From: an uncultured Desulfatitalea sp.
GTDB lineage: Bacteria; Desulfobacterota; Desulfobacteria; Desulfobacterales; Desulfosarcinaceae
Length of the DNA stretch: 64,000 nucleotides
Assembly (NCBI GenBank): GCA_963668675.2
Contig: CAXXMB010000002.1
Location: 1,856,001 to 1,920,000 of the forward strand
Direction: 5' to 3'
A model generated the notes under the pieces. That model searched no databases, was not told where the DNA came from, and was given only the letters and a program-made list of their open reading frames with translations. This document shows, in pieces, positions 30,831 through 40,735 of this stretch. The translations under genes and the position numbers were made by a program. How positions within the stretch are numbered: position 1 is the first letter of the stretch; each line of letters starts with the position of its first letter.

Positions 30831-31880
30831 CTATCTCTTCTGCCAAAAAACGCGCGCCCGCTCCGCCGTCTCTTCCGGCGCGGAGAAGGTGGCCATGTCG
30901 TCCAGCATCACCTCGTATCCGGTGATGTCGTTGCGCACCCAGGGCGCATAGTTGGCCCTCACGATCAGAACGACCCGCAGCTCAAGACGGCTCGAGGGTT
31001 GCTCCACGCTCAGCAGCCCCAGGTTGTAACTGTTGCGGCAGAGGCTGCGGTAATAACGCTGCGCATTGATCACGCCCTGGGAGAGATCGTCCCAATCCGA
31101 GGGGGTGAGGTGATTCAAAGCGCTCTTTCCCGGATAGATGCCCCAGATCTCAAAGAACCCCTCCGGCGCAAACGCCGCCAACCAGTGCCAGGCGCCGGTC
31201 GGACCGATGATGCGGCGGCCATCCCGATATTCGCATTTCAGGTAATCGCTGAACAGCAGTCGGCTCGTCTGGGTGTGGTATTCTTCGCTGCGCTGCATCA
31301 ACATGGCGTGCGCATTAGAGGGGATGCGATCGGCGTGCACCTGCAGATGGGGATGCACAAGAGAGCCGCCGGCCGCCGGCAGGTGGTTCTGGGTGATGGC
31401 TGTGAAGACGGCTTGCGGATCGTATCCGATCACGGTTTGCAGGTAGCGGGCGCAGTTGCGAAAACTGTCGGCATACGAAGCCGCATCGGCCGTTCCGATC
31501 TCCACAAAATGGCGCTCGTCGAACAGGCTGACCGCCGAGTAGACGCCGTAGGGGAAAAGATTGGGAAACAGCACCGAATCGCCGCATCGAAGCCGGCCCT
31601 CCCGGTCCAGCCCTTCACTCATCAACGGTGTCCGGCGTTCAAGCTGGCCGGGACAAAAGGGACAATCGATCGACCCTTCGGCATCGGGCGGAGGCTGCGG
31701 AAGCGCCTCGGTGCCCGGCTCGCGCTCCGCCCCGCGGCTGTAAGTGATTCGGCAGGCACGGCCGGAGATGGGGTGGGTGCGCACTTCAATGGGGCGCTCT
31801 ATCGCATGGCCCTGGGGATCTCTCAATCTTGCTGTTAGGGTTTTGGATTCAAAGCGGAGAAGAGGATCGCGATGGGGCAT
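30831..31880 (-). CDS. GalT-like nucleotidyltransferase (HIT superfamily)
   Basis: CPFCP, FPNLFPY and the HPHLQ active-site motif. Confidence 0.8.
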   Translation of the reverse strand: MPHRDPLLRFESKTLTARLRDPQGHAIERPIEVRTHPISGRACRITYSRGAEREPGTEALPQPPPDAEGSIDCPFCPGQLERRTPLMSEGLDREGRLRCGDSVLFPNLFPYGVYSAVSLFDERHFVEIGTADAASYADSFRNCARYLQTVIGYDPQAVFTAITQNHLPAAGGSLVHPHLQVHADRIPSNAHAMLMQRSEEYHTQTSRLLFSDYLKCEYRDGRRIIGPTGAWHWLAAFAPEGFFEIWGIYPGKSALNHLTPSDWDDLSQGVINAQRYYRSLCRNSYNLGLLSVEQPSSRLELRVVLIVRANYAPWVRNDITGYEVMLDDMATFSAPEETAERARVFWQKR

Positions 31881-31975
31881 TTTTACGTACTCCTATTGAA
31901 AGGGTTACGTTCCATTCCAATGGAGCTTTAGAGTGGCTCTAACAAAATTATTAAACCGGTAACGAATTACCTAAA

Positions 31976-32041
31976 GCGTCATGCCGGACTTGATCCGGCA
32001 TCCAATATAAACCGCTGGTTTCCGGCTCTCGCCGGAAAGAC
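31976..32041. repeat. Palindromic intergenic repeat, copy 1
   Basis: GCGTCATGCCGGACTTGATCCGGCATCCA..TCCGGCTCTCGCCGGAAAGAC; second copy at 41569. Confidence 0.8.
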
Positions 32042-32286
32042 AACTTTGGTCTCTATCATTATCGGGTTAATATTTTTCTGCAAACCGGTGGCATTGCGCT
32101 TATCGGTTCATCTTGCCTTTGCACTGCTTATCTAATTCTGAATATGCAGGAACACACTTAATGTCAATTAGATATGAACCTCACCCTAATTGCTTCATCG
32201 CCACCGTTTCATGGCACCTCGTCGATGGTTGAAAAAATGGTATAATCGACACCATTCCTTCACTTTAAACTTTCCACTTTATACTC

Positions 32287-32442
32287 AATGTCATTAACTT
32301 AAAGCTTTTCAGCTACCGATCCGGGCGGGCATAAAGCCCGCCCCTACACGGTTCGTGTGTGGCAACAGAATCTATTTCTACTCATCCTTCGTAGGGGCGG
32401 GCTTTATGCCCGCCCATTGCATCCGCTTCAGTTAATGACATT
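32287..32442. repeat. REP doublet within 13 bp terminal inverted repeats (MITE/REPIN-like)
   Basis: AATGTCATTAACT / AGTTAATGACATT; perfect 25 bp inverted GTAG-type REPs at 32323-32347 and 32391-32415. Confidence 0.85.
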
Positions 32443-32532
32443 AACTTTTCACTTAAAACGAATTGTCTACAGGTAGTTGCCTGCACGGATAGCCGCCAAG
32501 AGCCTTTATTTGGCAGATCGTTCCTTTATCTT

Positions 32533-33111
32533 TTATTCATCTGTCGCAGAACCGCTGTACATCACAATGAGAAGCTCGATCTCTTCTCCTGAAAGGTTGT
32601 TACCAAAGTGTGGGCAGCTCGAATCGAAATAGACGGCATCCCCCTCCTCCAGATTGTATGACGTTCCATCGACATTGAAAGTAAAACTTCCCTTCAGCAC
32701 ATAGATCAGTTCCTGTCCTTTATGTTGCATGAGCTGGGACACATTACTGTTTTTAGGGCATTTAACGACATATGACTCAAACGCCCGGTTGGGGAAATTG
32801 AGCGCCAAGTGCTCGTATTTGGCCAATGTGCGGCTGTCACTGGCTACGACCGGCCGGTTGTTCCTCGGTGTGACCGTCAGAGACACCTCTGGATTCTCTG
32901 CTCCGAAAAAACTGTCGACCTCCACGTGCATGGCCTGCGCCAAGGCAAGTAATTTGCCTACAGGCGGAGCGGTGTCGGAGTTTTCTATTCGAGAGATATA
33001 GCCTTTAGTGACCCCAATGGCGTCCGCCAAATCCTTCTGGGTCATATTTCGTTCCAGGCGCATTTTCCTGATTCGTTTAGGAATTTGCTCCTCACTTATC
33101 CTCTTCATCAT
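32533..33111 (-). CDS. XRE-family HTH plus cupin transcriptional regulator
   Basis: TQKDLADAIGVTKGYISRIEN; HKGQE..GDAVYFDSSCPH. Confidence 0.92.
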   Translation of the reverse strand: MMKRISEEQIPKRIRKMRLERNMTQKDLADAIGVTKGYISRIENSDTAPPVGKLLALAQAMHVEVDSFFGAENPEVSLTVTPRNNRPVVASDSRTLAKYEHLALNFPNRAFESYVVKCPKNSNVSQLMQHKGQELIYVLKGSFTFNVDGTSYNLEEGDAVYFDSSCPHFGNNLSGEEIELLIVMYSGSATDE

Positions 33112-33139
33112 GGCTCTCCTGGCTTTAAGTTTCTTAATT

Positions 33140-33333
33140 GTATACCCAGGTTTACATATGAAGTAAATAACTTTCGCTTGGCCTAAATCACCCTCCCTGT
33201 TCGGCCTTGTCGTACAAAACACCATCTCCCTCTATAAATTACGGCAACATACTGATTATTTTGTGTTTTGAAATTCAGAGCATAGCCGAATAAGCGCTTG
33301 ACTAAAATTTACCATAAGTATACCCTGGTTTAC
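33140..33333. promoter_or_regulatory. Paired 16 bp operator-like palindromes and a probable larA sigma70 promoter
   Basis: GTATACCCAGGTTTAC (33140-33155) and GTATACCCTGGTTTAC (33318-33333); TTGACT at 33298. Confidence 0.7.
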
Positions 33334-33483
33334 TATTGCAATCAAAATCAACTTGAATATCGCTGATTTTATCAACATAACATCGTCGGAACAAGGCGCC
33401 GGAATGTCACCCCAATGGCAAACCGGCGGACACCATAGCCCGATGTACCAGCCAGGGCAGACCGAAAAGAACAGGAGCCATGC

Positions 33484-34710
33484 ATGAAATTCAAACTTCC
33501 ACAAAGGCCTTGGCACGGCGGAGGGTGGCTGGATATCGAGCTGCCTGCCGATTGGGATGTTCAATATTGCCCCATGGCAGGATATGACAATCCGCCGCTC
33601 ACCATTGAACAGATGGCGGCCTGCATCGACCGTCCCATAGGAACCCCGTCCTTAGGAGACTTGGCCAGGGGAAAAAAACGGGCTGTCATCATTTTCGACG
33701 ACATGACCCGCCCCACCAGGACCTACGAAGTGGCACCGCTGGTCTTGAACACGCTTCACAAAGCCGGGTTGAGCGAGGATCAGATCACCTTTGTTTGCGC
33801 TCTGGGAACGCACGGGGCGCTGACTATGGCCGATTTCCGCAAGAAGCTGGGGTCTGAGATTATCGAAAAGTACAGGGTTTTCAACCATAATATCTATGAA
33901 AATTGCATGGAAGTCGGAACGACGAGCCGCGGGACCAAGGTCATGTTCAACCGCGAAGTGATGGAAGCGGACCTGAAAATCGGCATCGGGTGTGTCACGG
34001 CCCACGTCCAGGCCGGTTTCTCAGGGGGAGGCAAGCTGTTTCTGCCTGGGGTGGCCCATATCGACACCATCTCTCACTACCATCTGGACGTTGAAAAAAT
34101 GGGCTTAGAGACCACCGGCATGGGACGCCACAAGAACAACATCCTGCGCCTCGAGATCAACGAGGCCGCTGCCATGGCCGACGTAGACTTTTTGCTCAAT
34201 GTCGTTGTGAACGGGCAAGGTCGTACCACCGGCCTTTATGCCGGCGAACTCTTTCAGGTCCATGATGCAGCCGTAGATGCCGCCAAGCAGATCTATTGCA
34301 CCGAACCGGTCCCGGGCGGCAAGGAACTGGTCGTGGCCAATGCCTTTTCCAAGCCGAATGAAATGGGCATTGCCATACGGATGGGCGCCATGGCCCTGAA
34401 AGATACGCGCGGCACGGTTGTGGTGATCGCCGACTCACTCGAAGGGCAGGTTCCTCACTACCTGCTTGGACGCTTCGGTCGGGATTACGGCGGCAGACAA
34501 TATCCGGTGGCGGCCCTGCCGCCGGATATCCGTTTGATCGTCATGACCCCATATCCCGATCGCACCTTCCTGGATTGGTATTCCAACCCGGACAACGCTT
34601 TGATGGCACGCAATTGGGAAGAGGTCATGGCTCTGGTGCGCCCCCACCACGGCAAGGGGACCAAGGCGGCCGTCCTGCCAAATGCTACCATGCAATATTA
34701 CGCCCAGTAG
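33484..34710 (+). CDS. larA: LarA-family nickel-pincer 2-hydroxyacid racemase/epimerase
   Basis: DDMTRP, ALGTH, HVQAGFSGGGK and ISHYH. Substrate not determined. Confidence 0.85.
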   Translation: MKFKLPQRPWHGGGWLDIELPADWDVQYCPMAGYDNPPLTIEQMAACIDRPIGTPSLGDLARGKKRAVIIFDDMTRPTRTYEVAPLVLNTLHKAGLSEDQITFVCALGTHGALTMADFRKKLGSEIIEKYRVFNHNIYENCMEVGTTSRGTKVMFNREVMEADLKIGIGCVTAHVQAGFSGGGKLFLPGVAHIDTISHYHLDVEKMGLETTGMGRHKNNILRLEINEAAAMADVDFLLNVVVNGQGRTTGLYAGELFQVHDAAVDAAKQIYCTEPVPGGKELVVANAFSKPNEMGIAIRMGAMALKDTRGTVVVIADSLEGQVPHYLLGRFGRDYGGRQYPVAALPPDIRLIVMTPYPDRTFLDWYSNPDNALMARNWEEVMALVRPHHGKGTKAAVLPNATMQYYAQ

Positions 34711-34795
34711 GCATGGCCGACAAAGTGGCAACACCTACTGGCTCAGGATGAAACCAACTCCGGATTTTCCGGGCCTTCAAGCGGGAGGTTCTAGC

Positions 34796-35926
34796 GTGAA
34801 GCAGCTATATGGATCGAGCGAACTGATTGAAGATGTTTTCGAACATGACCTGTGTGTGGGTTGCGGCATGTGTGTGGATCTGTGCCCCTATTTTAAAAAT
34901 TATTTGGGCAAAACATCACAGGTGTTCGCCTGCGATTTGGAAAGAGGCCGCTGTTATGCCTACTGCCCCAAAACAGAAGTCGATCTCGGTCAATTGGCCG
35001 CGGCTTACTGGGATCGACCATATGAAGGGCTTCCACTCGGGCCGTATCGCAAGATCGCCATCGCCCGTGCCGGAGAAAAGGCCCCCAGGGGACGCTTTCA
35101 AGGCGGAGGAACCGTCACCGCACTCATCACCCATGCGCTCACCACAAAGCACATCGATGCTGCTGTGCTGACCGGCAGGGATGGCGCCGTGGGCGTACCG
35201 ATGGTCGTGACCGACCCTGACGAGGTATCCAAAGCCGCCGGTTCCAAATTCACCGCCTCGCCGACCCTGGCCGCCTTGAACGGCGCGATTCGTGATGGAT
35301 ACACCAACATCGGTGTGGTGGGCACGCCGTGTCAAATCACGGCCGTAGCCCAGATGCGTCAAAACCCGCTTGAACTCGAGGATTTTAACGATCCGGTCGG
35401 ATTGACCGTCGGGCTGTTCTGCACCTGGGCGCTGGATACCCGAAAATTGCTGCCGGTGGTGGACGCGTGTGTTGGCGACGCCTGCGTGTTGGCCATGGAT
35501 GTCCCTCCGCCGCCCGCTGAAATCATGGTGGTCGACACCGATGAAAAACAGGCCCAGATACCGCTCTCTAAAATCCGTCCATTGGTTCCGCATGGGTGTC
35601 AGCTCTGCCCGGACATGACAAGTGAATGGGCCGACGTATCGGTCGGACAGGTGGAGGGCATGCCTGGATGGAACACCCTCATCATCCGCACAGAGAGAGG
35701 TGAACGGGCCGTCCACCAGGCCATTGAATCAGGTTACCTCGATGTCCGGGACCTTCCCAAAGAAAACCTTCAGGCACTGGAGAAGGCGGGCGCCGGAAAG
35801 AAGTCCCGCGCGCTGGAGGCGCTGACCCAAGAGGGGGGATTGAACGCCGAAGGAGCAACGGGCCGACTGACCCTGCGAATGCCCCCGGAGGCCATCGCGA
35901 ACATCACCGCAGCAATGCGCGCGTAA
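34796..35926 (+). CDS. FrhB/FdhB-family Fe-S flavoprotein with an N-terminal ferredoxin motif
   Basis: CVGCGMCVDLCP, QGGGTVT, VGTPCQ, GLFCTW, CQLCPD..ADVSVG. GTG start after GGAGG. Confidence 0.85.
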   Translation: MKQLYGSSELIEDVFEHDLCVGCGMCVDLCPYFKNYLGKTSQVFACDLERGRCYAYCPKTEVDLGQLAAAYWDRPYEGLPLGPYRKIAIARAGEKAPRGRFQGGGTVTALITHALTTKHIDAAVLTGRDGAVGVPMVVTDPDEVSKAAGSKFTASPTLAALNGAIRDGYTNIGVVGTPCQITAVAQMRQNPLELEDFNDPVGLTVGLFCTWALDTRKLLPVVDACVGDACVLAMDVPPPPAEIMVVDTDEKQAQIPLSKIRPLVPHGCQLCPDMTSEWADVSVGQVEGMPGWNTLIIRTERGERAVHQAIESGYLDVRDLPKENLQALEKAGAGKKSRALEALTQEGGLNAEGATGRLTLRMPPEAIANITAAMRA

Positions 35927-35982
35927 CCACACACTATTGGGACAAAGCAGCAATACACCCTCGGAATATCATTGGAGGAAAC

Positions 35983-37917
35983 ATGTCGATCATTGGGAGA
36001 GCACAAGAGGGGGAACGGCATCTGCTGATGGGCAACGATGCCATTGCCCGCGGCATTATCGAGGCCGGCGCCTCGGTCGCAGCAGGTTACCCGGGCACAC
36101 CGTCATCGGAAATTATAGAGAACCTGGCCAAAGCGGCCAAGGAGAGGGACATCTATGTGGAGTGGTCGGTCAACGAAAAGGTGGCCATGGAAGTGGCCGC
36201 GGCGGCATCGTTTGCCGGGCTCCGCACCGTTGCCGTCATGAAGCAGGTGGGTGTGAACGTGGCCTCCGATTTCATGCTGCACCTGTCGGAAACCGGCACC
36301 CGGGGCGGGATGATTCTGATCTCCTGCGAGGACCCGGGCGCCCTCTCTTCGGGCAATGAGGGCGAAAGCCGCCCGTTTGCCAAACTGTTCGAAGTCCCGC
36401 TGCTCGAACCCGGCGATTTCCAGGAAGCCAAGGATATGACCCGCTGGGCTTTCGAACTGTCGGAGGAGATCAGGAACCTGGTCATGATCCGTTCGGTCAC
36501 CCGCCTCTCCCATGCCAGCGGAAATGTGACCCTTGGCCCGCTGCCGGACGTTGTACCCGATGCCCGGTTCAAATTCAGAGGGGATGAAATGGACCCGGAC
36601 GAGGGGCCGGTGGTGACCTTTCCGGTGGCATACAAACACACGTTGATGCAGACGAAGCTGGCTCAGGCGGTGGCGCTTTTCGAGGATTGCCCGTTCAACC
36701 GCTATGAGGGCCCCGAACAGCCGGAGGTGCTGATCGTCACCAGCAGTGCCTGCTACCTTTACACCAAAGAGGCCGTCGACCTGCTCGCTGTTCAAGACCG
36801 GGTGGGCGTGCTCAAGATGGGCACCACCTGGCCGCTTCCTCCCACTTATATGGAGAAGCACTTGGCCAAATCCAAGATCATTTTCACCGTCGAAGAAGTA
36901 CTTCCATTCATGGAAGACAACGTGAAAATCCTTGCCGCCGGTATGGCGGAGCGCATCGGCATCAAACGGTTCCATGGCCGCAGTGACGGCACGCTGCCGT
37001 CGGTAAACGAGTTGAATCCGGACCTGGTGGCCGCCGGCCTGGCCCGCATCCTGGAGATGGAATTCCCGGCTGTCGATCCAGAATACACCAGGATTTATGA
37101 GGAGAGTGCCGTTTCAGGCGCCCCCCGGCGTGATCTGGCCTTTTGTGCAGGTTGCCCCCACCGGGCCAGTTTCTGGTCTATACACAACGCACTGGAAGTC
37201 GACGGACGGGAAGGCTTTGTGTGCGGCGATATCGGCTGTTACGCGTTGGGGTCTCGGCCAACCGGCTTTTCCGTGTCGAAAACCGGGCACGCCATGGGAT
37301 CGGGAACCGGTGTGGCCAGCGGATTCGGCAAGCTTGGGCGGTTCGGCATGAAGCAACCGGTGGTTTCCGTCTGCGGCGATTCAACCTTTTTCCATGCCGC
37401 CATGCCGGCCCTGGTCAATGCCGTTCATACCCAGTCGGAAATGACCATGGTGGTAATGGACAACTCGGGGACGGCCATGACAGGTTTTCAGCCGCACCCG
37501 GGCCTGACGGCCGATGCGGCCGGCGACGAAGTGCCGGCCCTGAACATCGCCGATATCGCCCGCGCCATGGGGGCCAATGTCGACGTGGCCGACCCTTTCG
37601 ATCTCGACGCCACCCAGCGCAAACTGTTGGCCTTGCTATCCAAAGGCGGTGTCAATGTGCTGATTCTCAAACAGGCCTGCGCCCTCTCCCCGGAGAAAAA
37701 GGGGAAAAAATTGTACGACGTGACCCTCGATCCGGCCATCTGCCTCGGTGAGAACTGCGGGTGCAACAAGTTGTGCACCCGTGTCTTCAAGTGCCCGGGG
37801 CTTAAATGGGATTCGGAGACAAAAACCGCCCATATAGACGAGTTGACCTGCTCGGGCTGCGGCGTGTGTGCATCGATCTGCCCGTCCGGGGCCATTACCA
37901 AAAAGGAGGCGGTGTAA
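35983..37917 (+). CDS. iorA: Indolepyruvate:ferredoxin oxidoreductase alpha subunit
   Basis: GYPGTPSSE, NEKVA, FCAGCPHR, GDIGCY, GDSTFFH and a C-terminal ferredoxin. Confidence 0.93.
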   Translation: MSIIGRAQEGERHLLMGNDAIARGIIEAGASVAAGYPGTPSSEIIENLAKAAKERDIYVEWSVNEKVAMEVAAAASFAGLRTVAVMKQVGVNVASDFMLHLSETGTRGGMILISCEDPGALSSGNEGESRPFAKLFEVPLLEPGDFQEAKDMTRWAFELSEEIRNLVMIRSVTRLSHASGNVTLGPLPDVVPDARFKFRGDEMDPDEGPVVTFPVAYKHTLMQTKLAQAVALFEDCPFNRYEGPEQPEVLIVTSSACYLYTKEAVDLLAVQDRVGVLKMGTTWPLPPTYMEKHLAKSKIIFTVEEVLPFMEDNVKILAAGMAERIGIKRFHGRSDGTLPSVNELNPDLVAAGLARILEMEFPAVDPEYTRIYEESAVSGAPRRDLAFCAGCPHRASFWSIHNALEVDGREGFVCGDIGCYALGSRPTGFSVSKTGHAMGSGTGVASGFGKLGRFGMKQPVVSVCGDSTFFHAAMPALVNAVHTQSEMTMVVMDNSGTAMTGFQPHPGLTADAAGDEVPALNIADIARAMGANVDVADPFDLDATQRKLLALLSKGGVNVLILKQACALSPEKKGKKLYDVTLDPAICLGENCGCNKLCTRVFKCPGLKWDSETKTAHIDELTCSGCGVCASICPSGAITKKEAV

Positions 37918-37918
37918 C

Positions 37919-38548
37919 ATGGCGAACACATCACTTGCGGCAGACCCGTATAACTTGATCATCACTGGTGTGGGCGGCCAGGGCAATGTGCTGGCCTCGC
38001 GAATCGTGGGCAATGCACTATCCGACAAAGGCTTCCATATCACCATCGGCGAAACCTTCGGTGCCTCCCAGCGGGGCGGATCGGTCATGAGTCATCTGCG
38101 GATCAGCACGAAGTCGGTCCTCTCCCCCCAGATCCCTAAAGGGAAAGCGCATATGGTGGTGGCGCTCGAACCCACAGAGGCGCTGCGTGTGCTTCACCAA
38201 TATGGCAACCGTAATACCAAAATGATTATGAACACCCGCCCGATCTATTCTGTGGCAGTGATCTGCGGCGAATTTCAATACCCCGCCATGGAAGATGTCA
38301 AAAGATGGGGAGACCAACTGACCAGTGCGTCCTGGTTGATCGATGCCACTGATGAAGCGGTGAAGATGGGCAACGCCATCCTGGGCAACGTCATCCTGAT
38401 CGGAGCGCTGGCCGCTGTCGGCGATTTCCCGCTGGATAAGGACGGTTTCCAAGAGGTCATTACCCGCACCATGCCAGCGAATAAAGTCGATATCAACTTG
38501 ACCGCGTTCGAAAAAGGCATGGCGATGGTTCAGCAACACACCGCCTGA
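37919..38548 (+). CDS. iorB: Indolepyruvate:ferredoxin oxidoreductase beta subunit
   Basis: GVGGQG, SQRGGSVMSH, ALEPTEA. Confidence 0.92.
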   Translation: MANTSLAADPYNLIITGVGGQGNVLASRIVGNALSDKGFHITIGETFGASQRGGSVMSHLRISTKSVLSPQIPKGKAHMVVALEPTEALRVLHQYGNRNTKMIMNTRPIYSVAVICGEFQYPAMEDVKRWGDQLTSASWLIDATDEAVKMGNAILGNVILIGALAAVGDFPLDKDGFQEVITRTMPANKVDINLTAFEKGMAMVQQHTA

Positions 38549-38568
38549 AAAGGGCTTTAGGAAACGCC

Positions 38569-39309
38569 ATGAAGAGAGTATCCGTTCATATCCCCTGTAT
38601 GGTCGACACCCTGATGCCGAATACCGGCCGCTCCGTGATCCGGTTGTTGGAGCGACTCGATATCCCTTATATCTACCATACGAATCAGACCTGTTGTGGT
38701 CTGCCGGCCTATAACGCCGGCATCGTGCCGGAGACAAAAAAGGTGGCCAAACATTTCATCAACGTCTTTGGTCGGGACGAAGTGGTGGTCTCGACCTCCG
38801 GCTCTTGTGTCAATATGATCAGGAAACACTATCCGGAAATTCTCGCGGACGAACCGGATTGGCAGCGGCGGGCAGCCGACCTTTCCAGCCGCGTATTCGA
38901 GCTGACGCAATACCTGGTCGACGTGCTCGGAATCGAGGATGTGGGCGGAGAATTCAAGGGGAAAGTCGCCTATCATGAATCCTGCGCGTTGCTCAGAGGC
39001 CTCGGGGTGTCCGAGCAACCCAAGAAACTGATTCGGGCGCTGAAAGGGGCGGAACTGGTCGAGATGCAACACGCGGACACTTGTTGCGGTTTCGGCGGCG
39101 AGTTCGCCCACGCCTATCACGAAATTTCGGAAGAGATGGTGGCCGAAAAAGCAAACGCCTTTTTGGCTTCCGGCGCGGATGTGCTAACCATGGGTGAGCC
39201 GGGATGCTACCTCAATGTGAGCGGCTATATCTCCAGGCACCACCCGGACAAGAGGGTGGTGCACATCGCCGACTTGCTTGCAGGTCTCTCCGACTCACAA
39301 GGATTCTGA
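38569..39309 (+). CDS. lutA: LutA/LldE CCG-domain subunit
   Basis: QTCCGLP, SGSC, YHESC, CCGFGG. Confidence 0.88.
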   Translation: MKRVSVHIPCMVDTLMPNTGRSVIRLLERLDIPYIYHTNQTCCGLPAYNAGIVPETKKVAKHFINVFGRDEVVVSTSGSCVNMIRKHYPEILADEPDWQRRAADLSSRVFELTQYLVDVLGIEDVGGEFKGKVAYHESCALLRGLGVSEQPKKLIRALKGAELVEMQHADTCCGFGGEFAHAYHEISEEMVAEKANAFLASGADVLTMGEPGCYLNVSGYISRHHPDKRVVHIADLLAGLSDSQGF

Positions 39310-39310
39310 T

Positions 39311-40735
39311 ATGAAGCCGCAAACGCACAGGTACAAGGAAATCGCCCGGGAACAGATGACGGACCGCCGTGCCCGAGGGTTTCTGGATCTGCTCAAGGCA
39401 CTCGCCGGGAAGCGCAAGGCCGCCTATGATGATTTTCCCGACCCGGATGCGGCGCGAGAGTACAGCAGGGCCATACGCGCAGCGGCCGTAGCGCACCTGC
39501 CGCAGCTGTTGGAGCAATTTGAAAAGAGTGCCACACGAGCAGGGGCCAAGGTCTACTGGGCCGCTGATGCAGAGGATGCCAACGCCTACATCGTCCGGCT
39601 GGCAAAAGAGCGCAACATCTCCTACGTCATCAAAGGCAAATCGATGGTGACCGAGGAGAGCGGCCTTAACGAAGCATTGGCCGCCGAGGGGGTTCAACCC
39701 TACGAAAGCGATCTCGGAGAGTTTATTATCCAACTGCTCGAGCGCCCCCCGTTCCACATTGTGGGACCCGCCATCAATATCGATCCCCAGGAAATCAGTG
39801 ACATCTTTATCGAAAAGGGTGTCATGAGCGATGCCACAACCGATCCGGTGGAGCTCGGCTACGCCGCCCGGTGCTACCTGCGTGAAAAATTCCATCACCT
39901 GGAAATGGGCATCACCGGCATCAATATGGCCGTCGCCGAAACCGGGACGATCATCAACGTGGAAAACGAGGGCAACATCCGCTTCTGTAAGTCTTCGCCG
40001 GACATCCAGGTTTCGATCATGTCCCTGGAAAAAGTGGTGCCGACCATGAAGGAGGCGCTGTTCATGCTGCGCACCCTGTGCCGAAGCGCCACCGGCCAAA
40101 AGCTGGGCGCCTATGTCTCTATGGACACCGGACCAAAGAAGCAAGAAGAGATAGACGGTCCGAGCGAACTCCACATCGTCATTCTGGATAACGGCCGCTC
40201 GACGATCTACGAAGACGCCACGTATCGTGAAGTACTGCAGTGCATTCGCTGCGGCGCCTGTCTCGGCAACTGCCCCATCTATGGAAAGATCGGCGGTTAT
40301 TCCTATGGATGGGCCTACTCCGGCCCCATGGGGCAGGCACTCACGCCGCTTCTTCTTGGCCTGGATCGTACGAAAGACCTCTACTACAGCTGCACGCTGT
40401 GCCGGACCTGTCGCGATGTCTGCCCGGCGGGGCTGCATCACCCCCGGCTGCTGAGGCGCCATCGGCAGAAGCAGCGGGAGAAGGATACCGTATTTCATGG
40501 CTCAGGACTGAACGTGCGTGAGGAGATCGGCTTACGGGGGTTTGCGCTGGCTGCCGCAACCCCGACGCTCTGGCGTTCGGCGATCCGGGCGGCACGCCTG
40601 GCGATAAACCGAAAGTCTAATGGCGGCATCGTAAGGGAAGTATTGGGCAAGTCCGAGGGTTGGCTGGCCTCCCGTGATCTGCCCTGCATCGGCAGCCCAA
40701 CCTTCAACGAATGGTTCCGAAAGAACAGGTCATGA
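39311..40735 (+). CDS. lutB: LutB/LldF Fe-S subunit
   Basis: KGKSMVTEE, ESDLGEFI, ENEGN, LDNGRS, CIRCGACLGNCP. Confidence 0.92.
   Translation: MKPQTHRYKEIAREQMTDRRARGFLDLLKALAGKRKAAYDDFPDPDAAREYSRAIRAAAVAHLPQLLEQFEKSATRAGAKVYWAADAEDANAYIVRLAKERNISYVIKGKSMVTEESGLNEALAAEGVQPYESDLGEFIIQLLERPPFHIVGPAINIDPQEISDIFIEKGVMSDATTDPVELGYAARCYLREKFHHLEMGITGINMAVAETGTIINVENEGNIRFCKSSPDIQVSIMSLEKVVPTMKEALFMLRTLCRSATGQKLGAYVSMDTGPKKQEEIDGPSELHIVILDNGRSTIYEDATYREVLQCIRCGACLGNCPIYGKIGGYSYGWAYSGPMGQALTPLLLGLDRTKDLYYSCTLCRTCRDVCPAGLHHPRLLRRHRQKQREKDTVFHGSGLNVREEIGLRGFALAAATPTLWRSAIRAARLAINRKSNGGIVREVLGKSEGWLASRDLPCIGSPTFNEWFRKNRS

Noticed and set aside
31976..32459. CRISPR array
   Set aside because: The repeats are inverted or dispersed, not regularly spaced direct repeats with unique spacers, and no cas genes are present.
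34796..35926. F420-reducing hydrogenase
   Set aside because: No NiFe large or small subunit and no maturation genes are adjacent.
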